From positions 4,704,001 through 4,768,000 of the forward strand of contig OY761556.1 of NCBI GenBank assembly GCA_963664705.1: DNA of 64,000 bases, in the 5' to 3' direction. The position numbers and the translations under genes are program-made. This DNA is from Acidobacteriota bacterium (GTDB lineage Bacteria > Acidobacteriota > UBA6911). Shown piece by piece: positions 21,197 to 32,200 of the stretch. The notes beneath the pieces are model-generated. The model was not told where the DNA came from. It saw nothing but the letters and a program-made list of their open reading frames with translations, and searched no databases. The stretch's first letter is position 1, and every line of letters starts with the position of its first letter.

Positions 21197-22477
21197 ATGG
21201 AACTGAAAAAAGATACAGCCGAAGCAATCCCCGAAGCAGCCACGTCCACAACCGATCGACCCGATTTTTTCAAACGCACCTTCCAGGCATTCACCTATCG
21301 TGATTTCCGACTGATGTGGGCAGGCGCCTTTACCTCCACGACAGGGACGTGGATGCAAAGCGTGGCGCAATCCTGGCTCGTGCTGGAAATGACCAGCTCA
21401 AGATCTGCCTTCTTCCTCGGCCTGCTCGGTTTCCTCGGGGATCTGCCGATCATGCTGTTCTCGCTGATCGGCGGTGTAGTCGCCGACCGCATCGACCGCC
21501 GCATCATTCTGCTGGGATCCCAATATGTACAGATGACATGCGCTTTCATCCTTACCCTGCTTGTCTATTTCAAGGTCGTGCATATAAGTCACATGATGGT
21601 CCTGGTGTTTGTAGCCGGTACAGCCATGTCGTTCGGTGGTCCAGCTTACCAGGCGCTCATCCCCGGGCTGGTGGAACGAAAAGTTGTCCCCAATGCCGTC
21701 GCGCTGAATTCGATACAATTCAATCTGGCCAGGGTCGTAGGACCTCTGATCGCCGGAGTCACAATGGCTGCCTTCGGCGCGGCCACCTGCTTTTTTCTGA
21801 ACGGGCTGTCCTTTCTGGCGGTAATAGCCGGCCTGTACATGATCCGAGCCACGTTTTTGCCGCCGAAGACATCGGAATCGGTTTTGGAGGGAATCCGCAG
21901 CGGATTCGCGTTCATTCGCAAACGCGGAGCGCTCTGGCAGCTAACCGTACTTGGTTTCGTCAGTACGTTTTGCGGCATCCCGCTTTTGACGTTGTTGCCG
22001 GTAATTGCAAAAAATACCTTTCATCTCGATGCCAAGGGATACTCCTACCTGCTTTCCATCTCAGGTATCGGATCCATCCTCGGCGCCCTTATATATGCCG
22101 GACTGGCTCAGCGCAAAAATCACGGATTGCTTGCATTGCGCGTTCAATTGACCTTTGCCATTCTGCTTGCGATCTTCGCCGTTTCGCATTACATGCCGCT
22201 CGTTTGCCTTTGCCTGTTCCTGAGCGGGATGTGCCTGATTACCCTGTTTTCCTCCATCAATTCCCTGGTGCAGCTTACTGTCACCGAAGACATGCGCGGG
22301 CGCGTAATGAGCATCTTTATGTTGTCCTTCCGGGGAGGAATGCCCTTGGGAAACCTGGTCGCCGGGTACTTTGCGACAAAATTCTCCCCTTCCCAGGCTC
22401 TCTTTACGCTGGGCTGTGTGCTAGCGACAACAGCCGTGGCATTTTTGTTCTCCAACAGCGGAATCAAGAAGCTTTAG
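21197..22477 (+). CDS. MFS transporter
   Basis: GGVVADRIDRR motif A, about 12 TM segments, MRGRVMS motif. Confidence 0.93.
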   Translation: MELKKDTAEAIPEAATSTTDRPDFFKRTFQAFTYRDFRLMWAGAFTSTTGTWMQSVAQSWLVLEMTSSRSAFFLGLLGFLGDLPIMLFSLIGGVVADRIDRRIILLGSQYVQMTCAFILTLLVYFKVVHISHMMVLVFVAGTAMSFGGPAYQALIPGLVERKVVPNAVALNSIQFNLARVVGPLIAGVTMAAFGAATCFFLNGLSFLAVIAGLYMIRATFLPPKTSESVLEGIRSGFAFIRKRGALWQLTVLGFVSTFCGIPLLTLLPVIAKNTFHLDAKGYSYLLSISGIGSILGALIYAGLAQRKNHGLLALRVQLTFAILLAIFAVSHYMPLVCLCLFLSGMCLITLFSSINSLVQLTVTEDMRGRVMSIFMLSFRGGMPLGNLVAGYFATKFSPSQALFTLGCVLATTAVAFLFSNSGIKKL

Positions 22478-22727
22478 AACAAAGCGCTTCCACAGGCAAT
22501 ACCATGCTGACTGCAATCTGCGTTCACTTGGGGGGGGACAAGAAGCAGGAGTCCTATGTGCGGACAAAAACAGGGTCCTGGTTGCCGATACGGCCCATCA
22601 AGAGTAAGATCGGTTTATATGGCCGCTTCGTCTGTCCTGCAGTTTTCGGTCCGGGGTGGACAGTGCGGTTGCCCCGGGTACAAACAATTGAAGGGTTCAC
22701 AATCGGAGGAGTCTCAGCATGTGCATA

Positions 22728-23645
22728 ATGAAATCAGCGCCGGAAGGAATGACGAGAAGAAATTTTGTCTCCAGTGCCGCGGTGGCCATGGCGGGATCCG
22801 CCGCACTTGCAGATATCGCTCCGGCCGCAACATCACCCGTGGATAAGCCCGCGGGCTCGGCAGAAGCGATGAACGCCTACGGCTCCGATCTGCTGAATAT
22901 GCTGGTGCTGCGAACGTACCCGATTGCGATAAAAATGTTAAAAAACGAGAGCGAGACGCCCCAGGGGGCCGTGAGACCCAAAAGAGATCTCAAAACGCAC
23001 TATGCCGCCTGTCAGGCGTTCGGCGTTGTGAGACGACGCGGAACAACGCTGGCAATGTTTCTCGAAGACCACTGGTGTTTCGAGCCCATTATCGGCTACG
23101 GCCTGGTAGAACCGCCCAAGGACTTTCTGGAGGGATCAGGGAGTGCCTTTTTTGTCCAGAGCAAAGAAGGTGCCCGGCAGCGCAGCCAGGACATTGCGCT
23201 CCTGCCGCATGGCAAATATTCGGGAATGGTTCTGGCGCCACTGCACAAGGCAAATTTTTCTCCGGACCTGACGATGATTTACTGCAATGCATCCCAGTTG
23301 CGCCACATGCTGTTCGCGTATATGAATAAGAATGGACGCCGCGTGACGTCGACTCTAGACCCGATCTGGTCCTGCGTACACTCCATCGTACCATCTCTTT
23401 TGAAGGGCACCTGCGAAGTGACCGTGCCTGATCCCGGGGATTTCGAAAGATCTTCCGCAGGGGATGATGAGATGGTCTTCACCGTGCCTGCAGGCAATAT
23501 GAAGGAGTTTATGGACGGGGTATATCATTATGAGAAAAGCGGCATGGGGTACCGCAGTTTTGGCCGCGACCTGAGAGGCGATTTTCCGCAGCCTTCGTTC
23601 TATCAGGAATATTTTAAGAAATGGGGTTTGGACTCATCGAAATAA
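22728..23645 (+). CDS. DUF169-like protein with Tat-type N-terminus
   Basis: TRRNFV signal-like segment; YPIAIK, ACQAF..VRR, HWC and PDPGD motifs. Start 22728 or 22749. Confidence 0.72.
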   Translation: MKSAPEGMTRRNFVSSAAVAMAGSAALADIAPAATSPVDKPAGSAEAMNAYGSDLLNMLVLRTYPIAIKMLKNESETPQGAVRPKRDLKTHYAACQAFGVVRRRGTTLAMFLEDHWCFEPIIGYGLVEPPKDFLEGSGSAFFVQSKEGARQRSQDIALLPHGKYSGMVLAPLHKANFSPDLTMIYCNASQLRHMLFAYMNKNGRRVTSTLDPIWSCVHSIVPSLLKGTCEVTVPDPGDFERSSAGDDEMVFTVPAGNMKEFMDGVYHYEKSGMGYRSFGRDLRGDFPQPSFYQEYFKKWGLDSSK

Positions 23646-26294
23646 ATGCGGGAAATTGAAGCCTCCGGATCACGGTTCTTCCCGGAGACTTGGAAACCAT
23701 TATCGACCATGAACACATCCGGGCCCAGGCAACGGAATTCGAAACAGGGAGAAGATCAGAAAACAACCGCAACTCCGCTGGTGAACCAATCGGGCGAAAC
23801 CAGTTGCGTGTTGCCCATACCGACAAGCGATCCGCGGATCGGCCTGGAGGTTTCCGAACTCAAGCAATCCTTTCTGGACAGTCTGTTTTGTAACCTGGGA
23901 CGTATTCCCTCGGCAGCCACACCGCACGATCTATACACCGCCCTGGCACTGGCTATTCGCGATCGCGTACTCAACCGCGGAGTTCAGACGCTGGAAACCT
24001 ACCTCGAACGAGACGCTCGGATGGTTGCCTACCTCTCCGCTGAATATCTCCCCGGGCCTCACCTTGCCAACAACCTTCTCAACCTGGGCATTTGGGATCA
24101 GACACGCCAGGCGGTCGGAGAATTGGGCTGCGACCTGGATTTCCTGCAGCAGCAGGAAGAAGAACCGGGTCTCGGAAACGGAGGATTGGGCCGGCTGGCT
24201 TCCTGTTTCATGGATTCACTGGCATCGCTCGAAATTCCTGCGATCGGATATGGACTGCGCTATGAATTCGGCATCTTCGATCAGGTCATACGCGACGGCA
24301 GACAGGTTGAAATTACGGACAAATGGCTGCGCTATGGCAATCCATGGGAAGTGGTGAGGCCGGAACTCACCTATGAGGTCAAGCTGGGCGGCCACACCGA
24401 ATCCTGGACTGACGAACAAGGGCGATATCGTGTGAACTGGAAGCCGCAACGCGTCATCCAGGGAATCGCCTATGATACGCCGGTTCTCGGCTATCGGGTC
24501 AATACCTGCAACCGGATGCGCCTCTGGAAAGCCGAAGCCGTCGAGTCCTTCGACTTTGCCGCATTCAATCATGGAGATTATTACCAGGCCGTCCATGACA
24601 AGATGTTTTCGGAAAACATCACCAAAGTGCTTTACCCGAACGATGAAATCCTTCAAGGCAAAAACCTGCGGCTCGAGCAACAGTTCTTTCTCGTCACATG
24701 CTCCCTGCAGGATATGCTGCGCATACACAAACTGGTCGGCCGCTCGATCGAACAGTTCAATGAAAAATGGGCGGTACAACTCAACGACACACATCCATCG
24801 CTCGCCATTGCGGAATTGATGCGCCTGCTGGTTGATGAGCACTTGCTGGACTGGGACACCGCCTGGCGAGTTACGACGAACACCTTTTCCTACACCAACC
24901 ACACACTGCTCCCGGAAGCTCTGGAGAAATGGCCGGTCGATCTATTCGGAGCATTGCTTCCCAGACACCTGGAAATCATCTACGAGATAAACCGTCGGTT
25001 CCTGGATGCGGCACAGCTTCATTTCCCCGGCGACGCTGCCCGAAGCGCGCGGCTCTCGCTGATTGATGAAGCCGCGGGACGTTCGGTCCGAATGGCCCAT
25101 CTCGCAGCGGCCGGAAGCCGTCACATCAACGGCGTGGCGCGACTGCACTCCGATTTATTGAAGCAGAGCGTCCTGCGGGATTTTGCTGACCTGTGGCCGG
25201 AGAAATTTTGCAGCATTACAAACGGCGTCACTCCCCGCCGTTTCATGGCCGTTGCCAATCGACCGTTAGCCGGACTCATCAGCCGAAGCCTCAGCGACGA
25301 TGGCTGGCTGAAAAACCTGGGCGAGCTCCACCGGCTGGAGTCCCTGGCTGACGATGCGGCGTTTATGGAAGAGTGGCGTGCAGTCAAACTGGCAGCCAAG
25401 CAAACTCTGGCCGCCAGAATTGCCGACCGCACCGGCGTGAGCATTGATCCCACCTCCATGTTTGACATCCAGGCCAAGCGCATCCACGAATACAAACGGC
25501 AGCACCTGAACGTTCTCCATATTCTTGCACTTTACCTCCGGCTGAAGAATGACCCGCTGGCGAATGTGCCGAACCGTACCTTCATTTTTGCGGGCAAGGC
25601 GGCCCCCGGATATTTTATGGCCAAGCTGATCATTGAATTTATTAATGCGGTCGCCGATCTTATCAACCATGACGCGACGATTCATGAACAGCTCAAGGTA
25701 GTGTTTTGTCCTGATTTCAATGTAACCAATGCCCAGTGCATTTACCCGGCGGCGGATGTCAGCGAGCAGATTTCAACAGCGGGCAAGGAAGCCAGCGGAA
25801 CGGGCAACATGAAATTCGCGCTTAACGGAGCCCTGACCATTGGAACGCTGGATGGAGCCAATGTGGAAATACGGGAAGAGGTTGGTGCAGACAATTTCTT
25901 CCTTTTCGGTCTCACCGCCGAACAGGTGCAGGCCTGCCAGTCCGGCGGATACCGGCCTTACGAAACGTATGAAAAAAATGCGTCCTTGCGTGAAGTCTTG
26001 GACTTTATTGCCACGGGCGCGCTATCCTGGGGCGATCGCAACCGGTTTCGGCCCCTGCTGGATAACCTGCTGCAAAGCGATCCGTTTCTTGTACTCGCAG
26101 ATTACCAGGCTTACGTGGATTGCCAGGAACAGGTCAGTGTCCGCTGGCAGGATGCAGAGAAGTGGACGCGACAATCCATCCTGACTGTATCGCGCATGGG
26201 TAAGTTCTCTTCAGATCGCGCCATCCGGGAATATGTAGAACGAATCTGGCTGGTGCCACCCATGCCGGTTCCCGAGCCTTCAGCTTTCGGCTAA
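23646..26294 (+). CDS. glgP: Glycogen/alpha-glucan phosphorylase
   Basis: GLGNGGLGRLASCF, QLNDTHP, KRIHEYKRQ and EASGTGNMKF (PLP Lys) motifs. Start may be 23709. Confidence 0.97.
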   Translation: MREIEASGSRFFPETWKPLSTMNTSGPRQRNSKQGEDQKTTATPLVNQSGETSCVLPIPTSDPRIGLEVSELKQSFLDSLFCNLGRIPSAATPHDLYTALALAIRDRVLNRGVQTLETYLERDARMVAYLSAEYLPGPHLANNLLNLGIWDQTRQAVGELGCDLDFLQQQEEEPGLGNGGLGRLASCFMDSLASLEIPAIGYGLRYEFGIFDQVIRDGRQVEITDKWLRYGNPWEVVRPELTYEVKLGGHTESWTDEQGRYRVNWKPQRVIQGIAYDTPVLGYRVNTCNRMRLWKAEAVESFDFAAFNHGDYYQAVHDKMFSENITKVLYPNDEILQGKNLRLEQQFFLVTCSLQDMLRIHKLVGRSIEQFNEKWAVQLNDTHPSLAIAELMRLLVDEHLLDWDTAWRVTTNTFSYTNHTLLPEALEKWPVDLFGALLPRHLEIIYEINRRFLDAAQLHFPGDAARSARLSLIDEAAGRSVRMAHLAAAGSRHINGVARLHSDLLKQSVLRDFADLWPEKFCSITNGVTPRRFMAVANRPLAGLISRSLSDDGWLKNLGELHRLESLADDAAFMEEWRAVKLAAKQTLAARIADRTGVSIDPTSMFDIQAKRIHEYKRQHLNVLHILALYLRLKNDPLANVPNRTFIFAGKAAPGYFMAKLIIEFINAVADLINHDATIHEQLKVVFCPDFNVTNAQCIYPAADVSEQISTAGKEASGTGNMKFALNGALTIGTLDGANVEIREEVGADNFFLFGLTAEQVQACQSGGYRPYETYEKNASLREVLDFIATGALSWGDRNRFRPLLDNLLQSDPFLVLADYQAYVDCQEQVSVRWQDAEKWTRQSILTVSRMGKFSSDRAIREYVERIWLVPPMPVPEPSAFG

Positions 26295-29233
26295 TCTTTC
26301 ACGCATTTGCGGATCATGTTAACCAGATCGGAGGAGGGTCCGCTTTTGGTCAAATAGCCCACCGCCCCGGCATCGCGCATTGCCTGGCCGCGTTCGCTGG
26401 CTTCAAACATGGACAATCCAATGACACGAATCTCCGGAAATTCCCGGGAGATGGTCCGGGTTGCCTCAATCCCATTGAGCTTGGGCAGGCTGACATCCAT
26501 CAGGATCACATCCGGAAGAAGTCTGGCAGCCATCTCCACGGCTTCCTCTCCATCCGCCGCCACTCCAACAACTTCTATACCCGGCTCATTGTTCAACAGG
26601 GTCGCCAATCCCTCCCGCAAAACCGCATGATCATCAGCCAAAAGCAGGCGAATCGGATTGCCGGGCTTTGATTCCACGGTCAAAGCGCCATCATGACTCG
26701 ACATCCTCGGAACAAAATTCGGCCGGCTCGACTGGATTTCGGCCCTTTCGCTGAATGGAACACTGAGCATAAATCGGCTGCCTCTTTCAGGCATACTGCT
26801 GATTTCCATTTGGCCGCCAATGAGATCCAGCCTCTCGCGAATACTAAACAGGCCAAAGCCGCCGCCGATCTCTCCCGCCTTTTTTAGCTTGCCGGGATCG
26901 AACCCCGAACCGTTATCGCTGACCGTGATCCGGAGTTGCCGCTCCTGCAAACAGCGTACATTCACATTGGCCGATCCGGCGCGCGCATGCTTGGCTGCAT
27001 TGAACAGTAGTTCACGAACCGATTCAAACAACAAAACCTTTACAGTTTCTGCCAATGACGGGATGTCCCCCTCAACCGAGAGGTCCACGATCAGACCATG
27101 CCGGTCAGCCATCCATCGGGCAAGCCACGCCAACCCCGCAGCCAAACCGCCTTCATGCAGAATGGGAGGGCTGAGCTCCGAGGTAAGAGTCCGGGACTCC
27201 TGAATGGATTCATCAAGAAGCTGCACAATTTCGCGGGTAGCCTGCTGAACAATCGGATCTGTATGACGGCTGAGAATTGTGATTCGGAACTTGGCTCCAA
27301 CCAGCAGCTGCTGAAGGTGATCATGAAGCACTTTTGCCAGCCGACGGCGCTCCCGTTGTTCCGATAGGGTCAATTCTCCGGCCAGGGCGCGAAGATGCGC
27401 CGCCCTCTGCTCGAGTTCCGCGGTACGCTCCTGAACGCGATCTTCCAAAACAGCATTGGCCTGTTTCAGGGCCGCCTCCGCCCGCGCCCTTTCCAGGCGC
27501 GGGAAGGTGCGATTCGTAATTTCCGTAATGAGATCCACTTCATCGTCACGCCAGTCTCGCGGAACAGAATCGTTAACGGTGAACATATATTGCCATTTCC
27601 CAACACGATGAAACGGAACCGCAACATACGCATGAATGTTCATGGCAGCATGGCCCCCGGCATCGGTCCGCGAGTCCACCTGCGTGTTGCGAATAATAAT
27701 TGCCTTGCCCGCACAGGCCTCCTGCCGAAACCCGACCGACACATAAGCGGACAGTTGTCGAACCCCCATTGCCAGCGGTGGATCCGGAATACGGCTCCAG
27801 GCCCACTCTATTTTTGCACAGTCCCGATCTTCATCAATTTCCGCAAAGAGGCAGTTCGAGATATTCAGATACTGGCCCACGCGCGAACCCACAGCCTGCA
27901 TGATATCTTCGGCAGAAGAGAGTTTGGCAAAATCCTCTCCGATCTTCGCCAGCAAGCTCAGATGCGCTTCGCGCCGCAAGCGCTCCGATATATCTCTGAC
28001 GATCACAAAGGAATGCGGCGGATCACCCTTTAAAATGACGGAATCAATCTCAACCGGAAATATCTCTCCATTCTTTCGGATGGCGTTGAGTTCCCGTCTT
28101 TGAGCGCGTCCCGCTCGTTCCCGCTCCTCCAGCGCGGCAGGCAATCGCGGGTCGTTCATGTCCATAACTCCAGCACGGCCCATCCGGCATAGCTCTGCCT
28201 CCGTCCACCCAAACATGGCGCTGGCAGCCGGATTTGCGCCCATCACATTTCCATCGGGGGCCGTCAGAAATACCGCATCCAGACTGCTCTCAAAGAGGGA
28301 TCGAAACTCGGCCTCGCTCTCCCGCAGAGACCTTTCGGCCCTTTTGCGTTTTCGCATCTCCCGCCAAAGGAAAATAATCCAGACAGCGGCCAGAGCAACC
28401 ATGCAAACAACCACAATCAGAAAACTCTTCTGTCGCAGATACTGAGCTCTGGTCTGGAACACCACTTCCCGGGGGCGCCACTTCGCCAGAATTTTCTCGT
28501 AGGTACCGTCCGCTCTGATAGACGCGAGGGCCTCATTGATTTGGGCCAGCAGCTCCCGGTTCCCCCTTTTCACGGCAATTGCAGATGAACTCCGGTCGAA
28601 CGCCTCTCCTGCTATTCTGACGCCACCGATATGGTTTTGTGCCAGCACATAGGAACCGACCCAGCGGTCCACGATAACAGCATCGAGCCGGCCATCGGAC
28701 AAACCTCGCATCCCCTGGAGTATGTCGGGAATGAAAACCAGATTAATCGATGGGAAATTATTCAGGATGCTGACCGGCATTCCCTTTTCTTCAACGCCGA
28801 CCCGGGTTCCCCGGAGAGTATTGAGGCTGTAAATCCCCTCCTTGTCAGCACGGACAAAAATGGAAAACTCCGATTCCAGCAAAGGCTCGGAAAAATCATA
28901 GATGCCCCGACGCTCTTCGGTCGGATTGATCTGCAGCAAAGCATCCGCTTTCCCCTCCTGCACAAGTTCCTGTGCCAGAGACCAGTTCATATAACTGAGT
29001 CGTACCGGAATCTTCATGCGGCCGGCAACAGCATCCGCAAGATCCACGACAACGCCGACCGGCTTTCCATCTTCCATGAAGATCATCGGCGGCAGTGCGT
29101 GGTTTCCAAGAAAGAGCCGTGGAGTATTTTCCTCGCCGGAAAGCGGTTGGGAGAAGAGCACTGCCAGCGCGAGCATGGCGCCTAATGCGGATATTAGAGC
29201 ACGAAACATAAACCAATGCCGATTGTCGTTCAT
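26291..29233 (-). CDS. Hybrid sensor kinase (periplasmic SBP3-PAS-GAF-HisKA_3-HATPase-REC)
   Basis: PPM..GVVVDL solute-binding domain, LHDHLQQ His site, GFGLFSIRERL, C-terminal LLADDH receiver. Confidence 0.9.
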   Translation of the reverse strand: MNDNRHWFMFRALISALGAMLALAVLFSQPLSGEENTPRLFLGNHALPPMIFMEDGKPVGVVVDLADAVAGRMKIPVRLSYMNWSLAQELVQEGKADALLQINPTEERRGIYDFSEPLLESEFSIFVRADKEGIYSLNTLRGTRVGVEEKGMPVSILNNFPSINLVFIPDILQGMRGLSDGRLDAVIVDRWVGSYVLAQNHIGGVRIAGEAFDRSSSAIAVKRGNRELLAQINEALASIRADGTYEKILAKWRPREVVFQTRAQYLRQKSFLIVVVCMVALAAVWIIFLWREMRKRKRAERSLRESEAEFRSLFESSLDAVFLTAPDGNVMGANPAASAMFGWTEAELCRMGRAGVMDMNDPRLPAALEERERAGRAQRRELNAIRKNGEIFPVEIDSVILKGDPPHSFVIVRDISERLRREAHLSLLAKIGEDFAKLSSAEDIMQAVGSRVGQYLNISNCLFAEIDEDRDCAKIEWAWSRIPDPPLAMGVRQLSAYVSVGFRQEACAGKAIIIRNTQVDSRTDAGGHAAMNIHAYVAVPFHRVGKWQYMFTVNDSVPRDWRDDEVDLITEITNRTFPRLERARAEAALKQANAVLEDRVQERTAELEQRAAHLRALAGELTLSEQRERRRLAKVLHDHLQQLLVGAKFRITILSRHTDPIVQQATREIVQLLDESIQESRTLTSELSPPILHEGGLAAGLAWLARWMADRHGLIVDLSVEGDIPSLAETVKVLLFESVRELLFNAAKHARAGSANVNVRCLQERQLRITVSDNGSGFDPGKLKKAGEIGGGFGLFSIRERLDLIGGQMEISSMPERGSRFMLSVPFSERAEIQSSRPNFVPRMSSHDGALTVESKPGNPIRLLLADDHAVLREGLATLLNNEPGIEVVGVAADGEEAVEMAARLLPDVILMDVSLPKLNGIEATRTISREFPEIRVIGLSMFEASERGQAMRDAGAVGYLTKSGPSSDLVNMIRKCVKD

Positions 29234-29789
29234 CTATGCTCCTCGCATGCGGCATTGCAAAAAAACCAATGCGTGCCGGCCACGGAATTCGCCCTGGAAA
29301 TCTATGTCGGTGAGAAACGGATATCTGCTGTTTATGTATCAGGGCGGCTCACCGGTCGATTTCATCTATCTGTCTGGATAATTCATAATTAATTCGCCCG
29401 CAGATTGCATTAAAAATTAGCTTAGATTAGATTGCCCTAATCATCAGACCACTACGAGAAGTGACAGATTCGTAATTCTCTATCTTCAAATGAGTTTAAG
29501 AAACCTCACATTTGCTCATCTTCCCGTGAAAACAGACGATATGCGTATAGTAAAAAATTTGATGGGATATGCGAAGCATGGCAAGGCCTCAAATGGTTGA
29601 GCAGAAACACTTTGCCATGAATTGGATCAAACGGAGCGGTGTCTGTCCGGCAACGGTCAGATGTTAAATGGAACTCAGTCATGGCGCGATCCGAAAATGC
29701 GATAGATATCGCCTGACAGATCATTGCTTCTGCAGCTCATCCCTGTTCGTGATGGAAAGGTCGAGCCCTCCGGCTCGGGTAGCTTGCTG

Positions 29790-30998
29790 ATGGATGTATT
29801 TATTGGTCGCCAGCCTATTTTTAATCGAGAGAATGCCATCTTCGGGTATGAGCTTCTTTTCAGGCAGAGCAGTGTCAATCATTTCATCGAAATGGATGAC
29901 GACATCGCCACCGCGGAGCTTATCTATAATTCCTTTCTGGTATTTGGAATTGACAATCTCACTGACGGGGCGATGGCATTCATCAATTTTTCGAAAAACC
30001 TGGTTACCAGCGATTTCATTGAATTGTTGCCGAAAGATCGCATTGTTGTAGAAATCCTCGAGCGCGAGAAAGCCACCGAAGCCACCTTGGAGGCATGCAG
30101 AAAATTCAAGAGCATGGGCTATATTCTGGCTGTGGATGATTTTGTTCTCGACGAGAATAACCAGCCGCTTTTGGATCTGATTGACATTGTCAAAGTCGAA
30201 TTCCCCGCGGTCAGCCTGGAGGATCAGGCGGCCCTGATCAAGAAATACGGAAAGAAGGCCAGGTTTCTGGCGGAAAAAATTGAAACGCGTGAGGAATATG
30301 CGGACGCGGTCAAGCTCGGATATGAGCTTTTTCAAGGCTATTTTTTCTGCAAGCCTGCCGTACTGAATTCGAAGGACATCGGCGTCATCAATACCAACCT
30401 TCTGAGAATCCTCGAGGAGCTGAACCTTGCGGATCCAAGCTACAGAAAGATTTCCGAGATAATCCAGATGGATCTTGGTCTTTCATACAAGCTGCTCCGG
30501 CTGGTCAATTCGGCCTATATTTCGCCGCAATGCGAGATCAAGTCTATCCAGCAGGCTCTCACCTTTTTGGGCACTCGTGAGATTTACCAGTGGATTTCGC
30601 TCATGATGTTGAAGGATTTCCAGAACGCTGCCAACGCAGAATTGGTCAAGCAATCGCTCATCCGCGGGAAGCTGATGTCGCTTCTGTGCAATGATGTGCG
30701 CCGACAGGCAACGACCTTTGAATATTTCTTCGCCGGCATTTTTTCGCTCATGGATGTCCTATTGAACAAGAGCCTTCAGGATGTGCTCAAAGGGCTGCCT
30801 CTGACCGACAACGTTAAACGCGCTCTTCTGGGCGAAGCCAACGAGTTGAGTGCGTTGCTGGATTACATCATCAATTTCGAAAATGGCGCCTGGGATAAAT
30901 TGGATGCGCATCCGCTGGCCAGAACCATCCCCACTGATCGTTTTATGGATTTTTATGTCGACGCTCTGAAGTGGACGAAAAACATCGGCAACTTCTGA
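29790..30998 (+). CDS. EAL and HDOD domain protein (YuxH/PdeH-like)
   Basis: RQPI..GYELLFR, VEILE, LAVDDF, LAEKIET, FQGYFF and DLGLSYKLLRLVNS motifs. Confidence 0.92.
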   Translation: MDVFIGRQPIFNRENAIFGYELLFRQSSVNHFIEMDDDIATAELIYNSFLVFGIDNLTDGAMAFINFSKNLVTSDFIELLPKDRIVVEILEREKATEATLEACRKFKSMGYILAVDDFVLDENNQPLLDLIDIVKVEFPAVSLEDQAALIKKYGKKARFLAEKIETREEYADAVKLGYELFQGYFFCKPAVLNSKDIGVINTNLLRILEELNLADPSYRKISEIIQMDLGLSYKLLRLVNSAYISPQCEIKSIQQALTFLGTREIYQWISLMMLKDFQNAANAELVKQSLIRGKLMSLLCNDVRRQATTFEYFFAGIFSLMDVLLNKSLQDVLKGLPLTDNVKRALLGEANELSALLDYIINFENGAWDKLDAHPLARTIPTDRFMDFYVDALKWTKNIGNF

Positions 30999-31044
30999 TT
31001 CCCGCATGATGTTCTCGACGGTTGTGGAAACCTTCCTCCAGATG

Positions 31045-31080
31045 AAAAAAGCCCGGAGAAGCGCAACTTCTCCGGACTTC
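31045..31080 (-). terminator. Terminator between convergent genes
   Basis: A6 followed by ccggagaag-cgcaa-cttctccgg. Confidence 0.65.
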
Positions 31081-31125
31081 GCAATACTGTGCGGCTGCTT
31101 TCAGGCTCTGATTCGAGCGGCTTCT

Positions 31126-31968
31126 CTATTTTGAAACACCCGCTGCTTTCTGCTCCAGTTCCTGCTTCATGTTCATGCATTCGCCCTCGAGCTTTTCGCT
31201 GGTTTTGAGGGCCACCGCGCGCTCCTGTCTGGCGCATCCCACCTCTCGACGGAATTCCGGGAGGTCGTGCAATCTGCCCATGATGTCGGAAACCAGGATT
31301 TCGCCGGCATGGACATCACTGGGAAAATGGACTCCGCAGACAATGCGGCTTTCCCCGTATTCGCGACCGCGTGTCAGGATGGTCTGGGCACGCTCTGGAG
31401 CCACTTCTGCGAGAAGTAATGCAACGGACCAGCCGAATGTCGCATGGCCAGAAGGATAGGAGTTACCGCTCTTGGGAGCGGCTTCCGCCGTCGGCGCGGT
31501 ACTGAAGCCACATACTTTGCTCATTTGCATGCGCTGGTATGGACGCGGCCGGTTATAGAACATCTTGGCGCGGCCCATGACGCCGGAAAGGTTGGCTTCG
31601 ACTTTATCCAGCAGATGAACGAGGATCGGGGTTGAGGCCGGACTGATGGCGCTGCCGTAAGCTTCCGCGAAGCGTTCATAGGAGACCTGGGCATCTGCCT
31701 GCGCCAGTTGCCAGCGCGGAGTTTCGCCCGATTGCTGCCATTGTCGCACTCCTGCCATATCAGCCTCATCCTCCATGGACTGGAGCACGGGGTACGGAGG
31801 AATCAGCGAAAGATATTCTGATGCCTCGATTTTTAAAAACCCGGACGGGGATTGCCCTTGAGCCGCGGCAAAGTGGCAAAGCAACACAAACACCACCGGT
31901 AACATCAGTATGTTTTTCACATTTCGCATCTTTGCGGCAACCGCTATCTTTGACAGAACCCAATTCAT
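31126..31968 (-). CDS. Class A non-specific acid phosphatase (PAP2 family), secreted
   Basis: KMFYNRPRP, SYPSGH and SRIVCGVHFPSD motifs. Start 31968 or 31929. Confidence 0.9.
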   Translation of the reverse strand: MNWVLSKIAVAAKMRNVKNILMLPVVFVLLCHFAAAQGQSPSGFLKIEASEYLSLIPPYPVLQSMEDEADMAGVRQWQQSGETPRWQLAQADAQVSYERFAEAYGSAISPASTPILVHLLDKVEANLSGVMGRAKMFYNRPRPYQRMQMSKVCGFSTAPTAEAAPKSGNSYPSGHATFGWSVALLLAEVAPERAQTILTRGREYGESRIVCGVHFPSDVHAGEILVSDIMGRLHDLPEFRREVGCARQERAVALKTSEKLEGECMNMKQELEQKAAGVSK

Positions 31969-32200
31969 GAATGGACTCCCTTCACCCTCGCGTTTATGCA
32001 ATTCCTGATCCTTCATCGACAATAACCGACAGGACACGGGCGAAGCAACCTTTTCCTCGAATTCAGGCGCATGGGGCAGGATGTGAATAGCAAGTGGAGT
32101 CTTCGTCCCCCGGCGGGTCAAAGACTCCACGGGAAAAAGGCATGGGCAGGAAGACAGGCACAAAGAACCGGTTCGGATGTAAAGCGTCTTTTTTACACCC

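Noticed and set aside
21316-22728. 470-aa alternative-frame ORF, and other long shadow ORFs (3989-5281, 10891-11970, 59476-60924)
   Set aside because: They overlap well-supported genes, show no recognisable motifs, and are expected in GC-rich DNA.
29240-29789. Possible c-di-GMP riboswitch upstream of the EAL-HDOD gene
   Set aside because: No GGCAAAC..GAAA..GCAAAGC consensus is visible.
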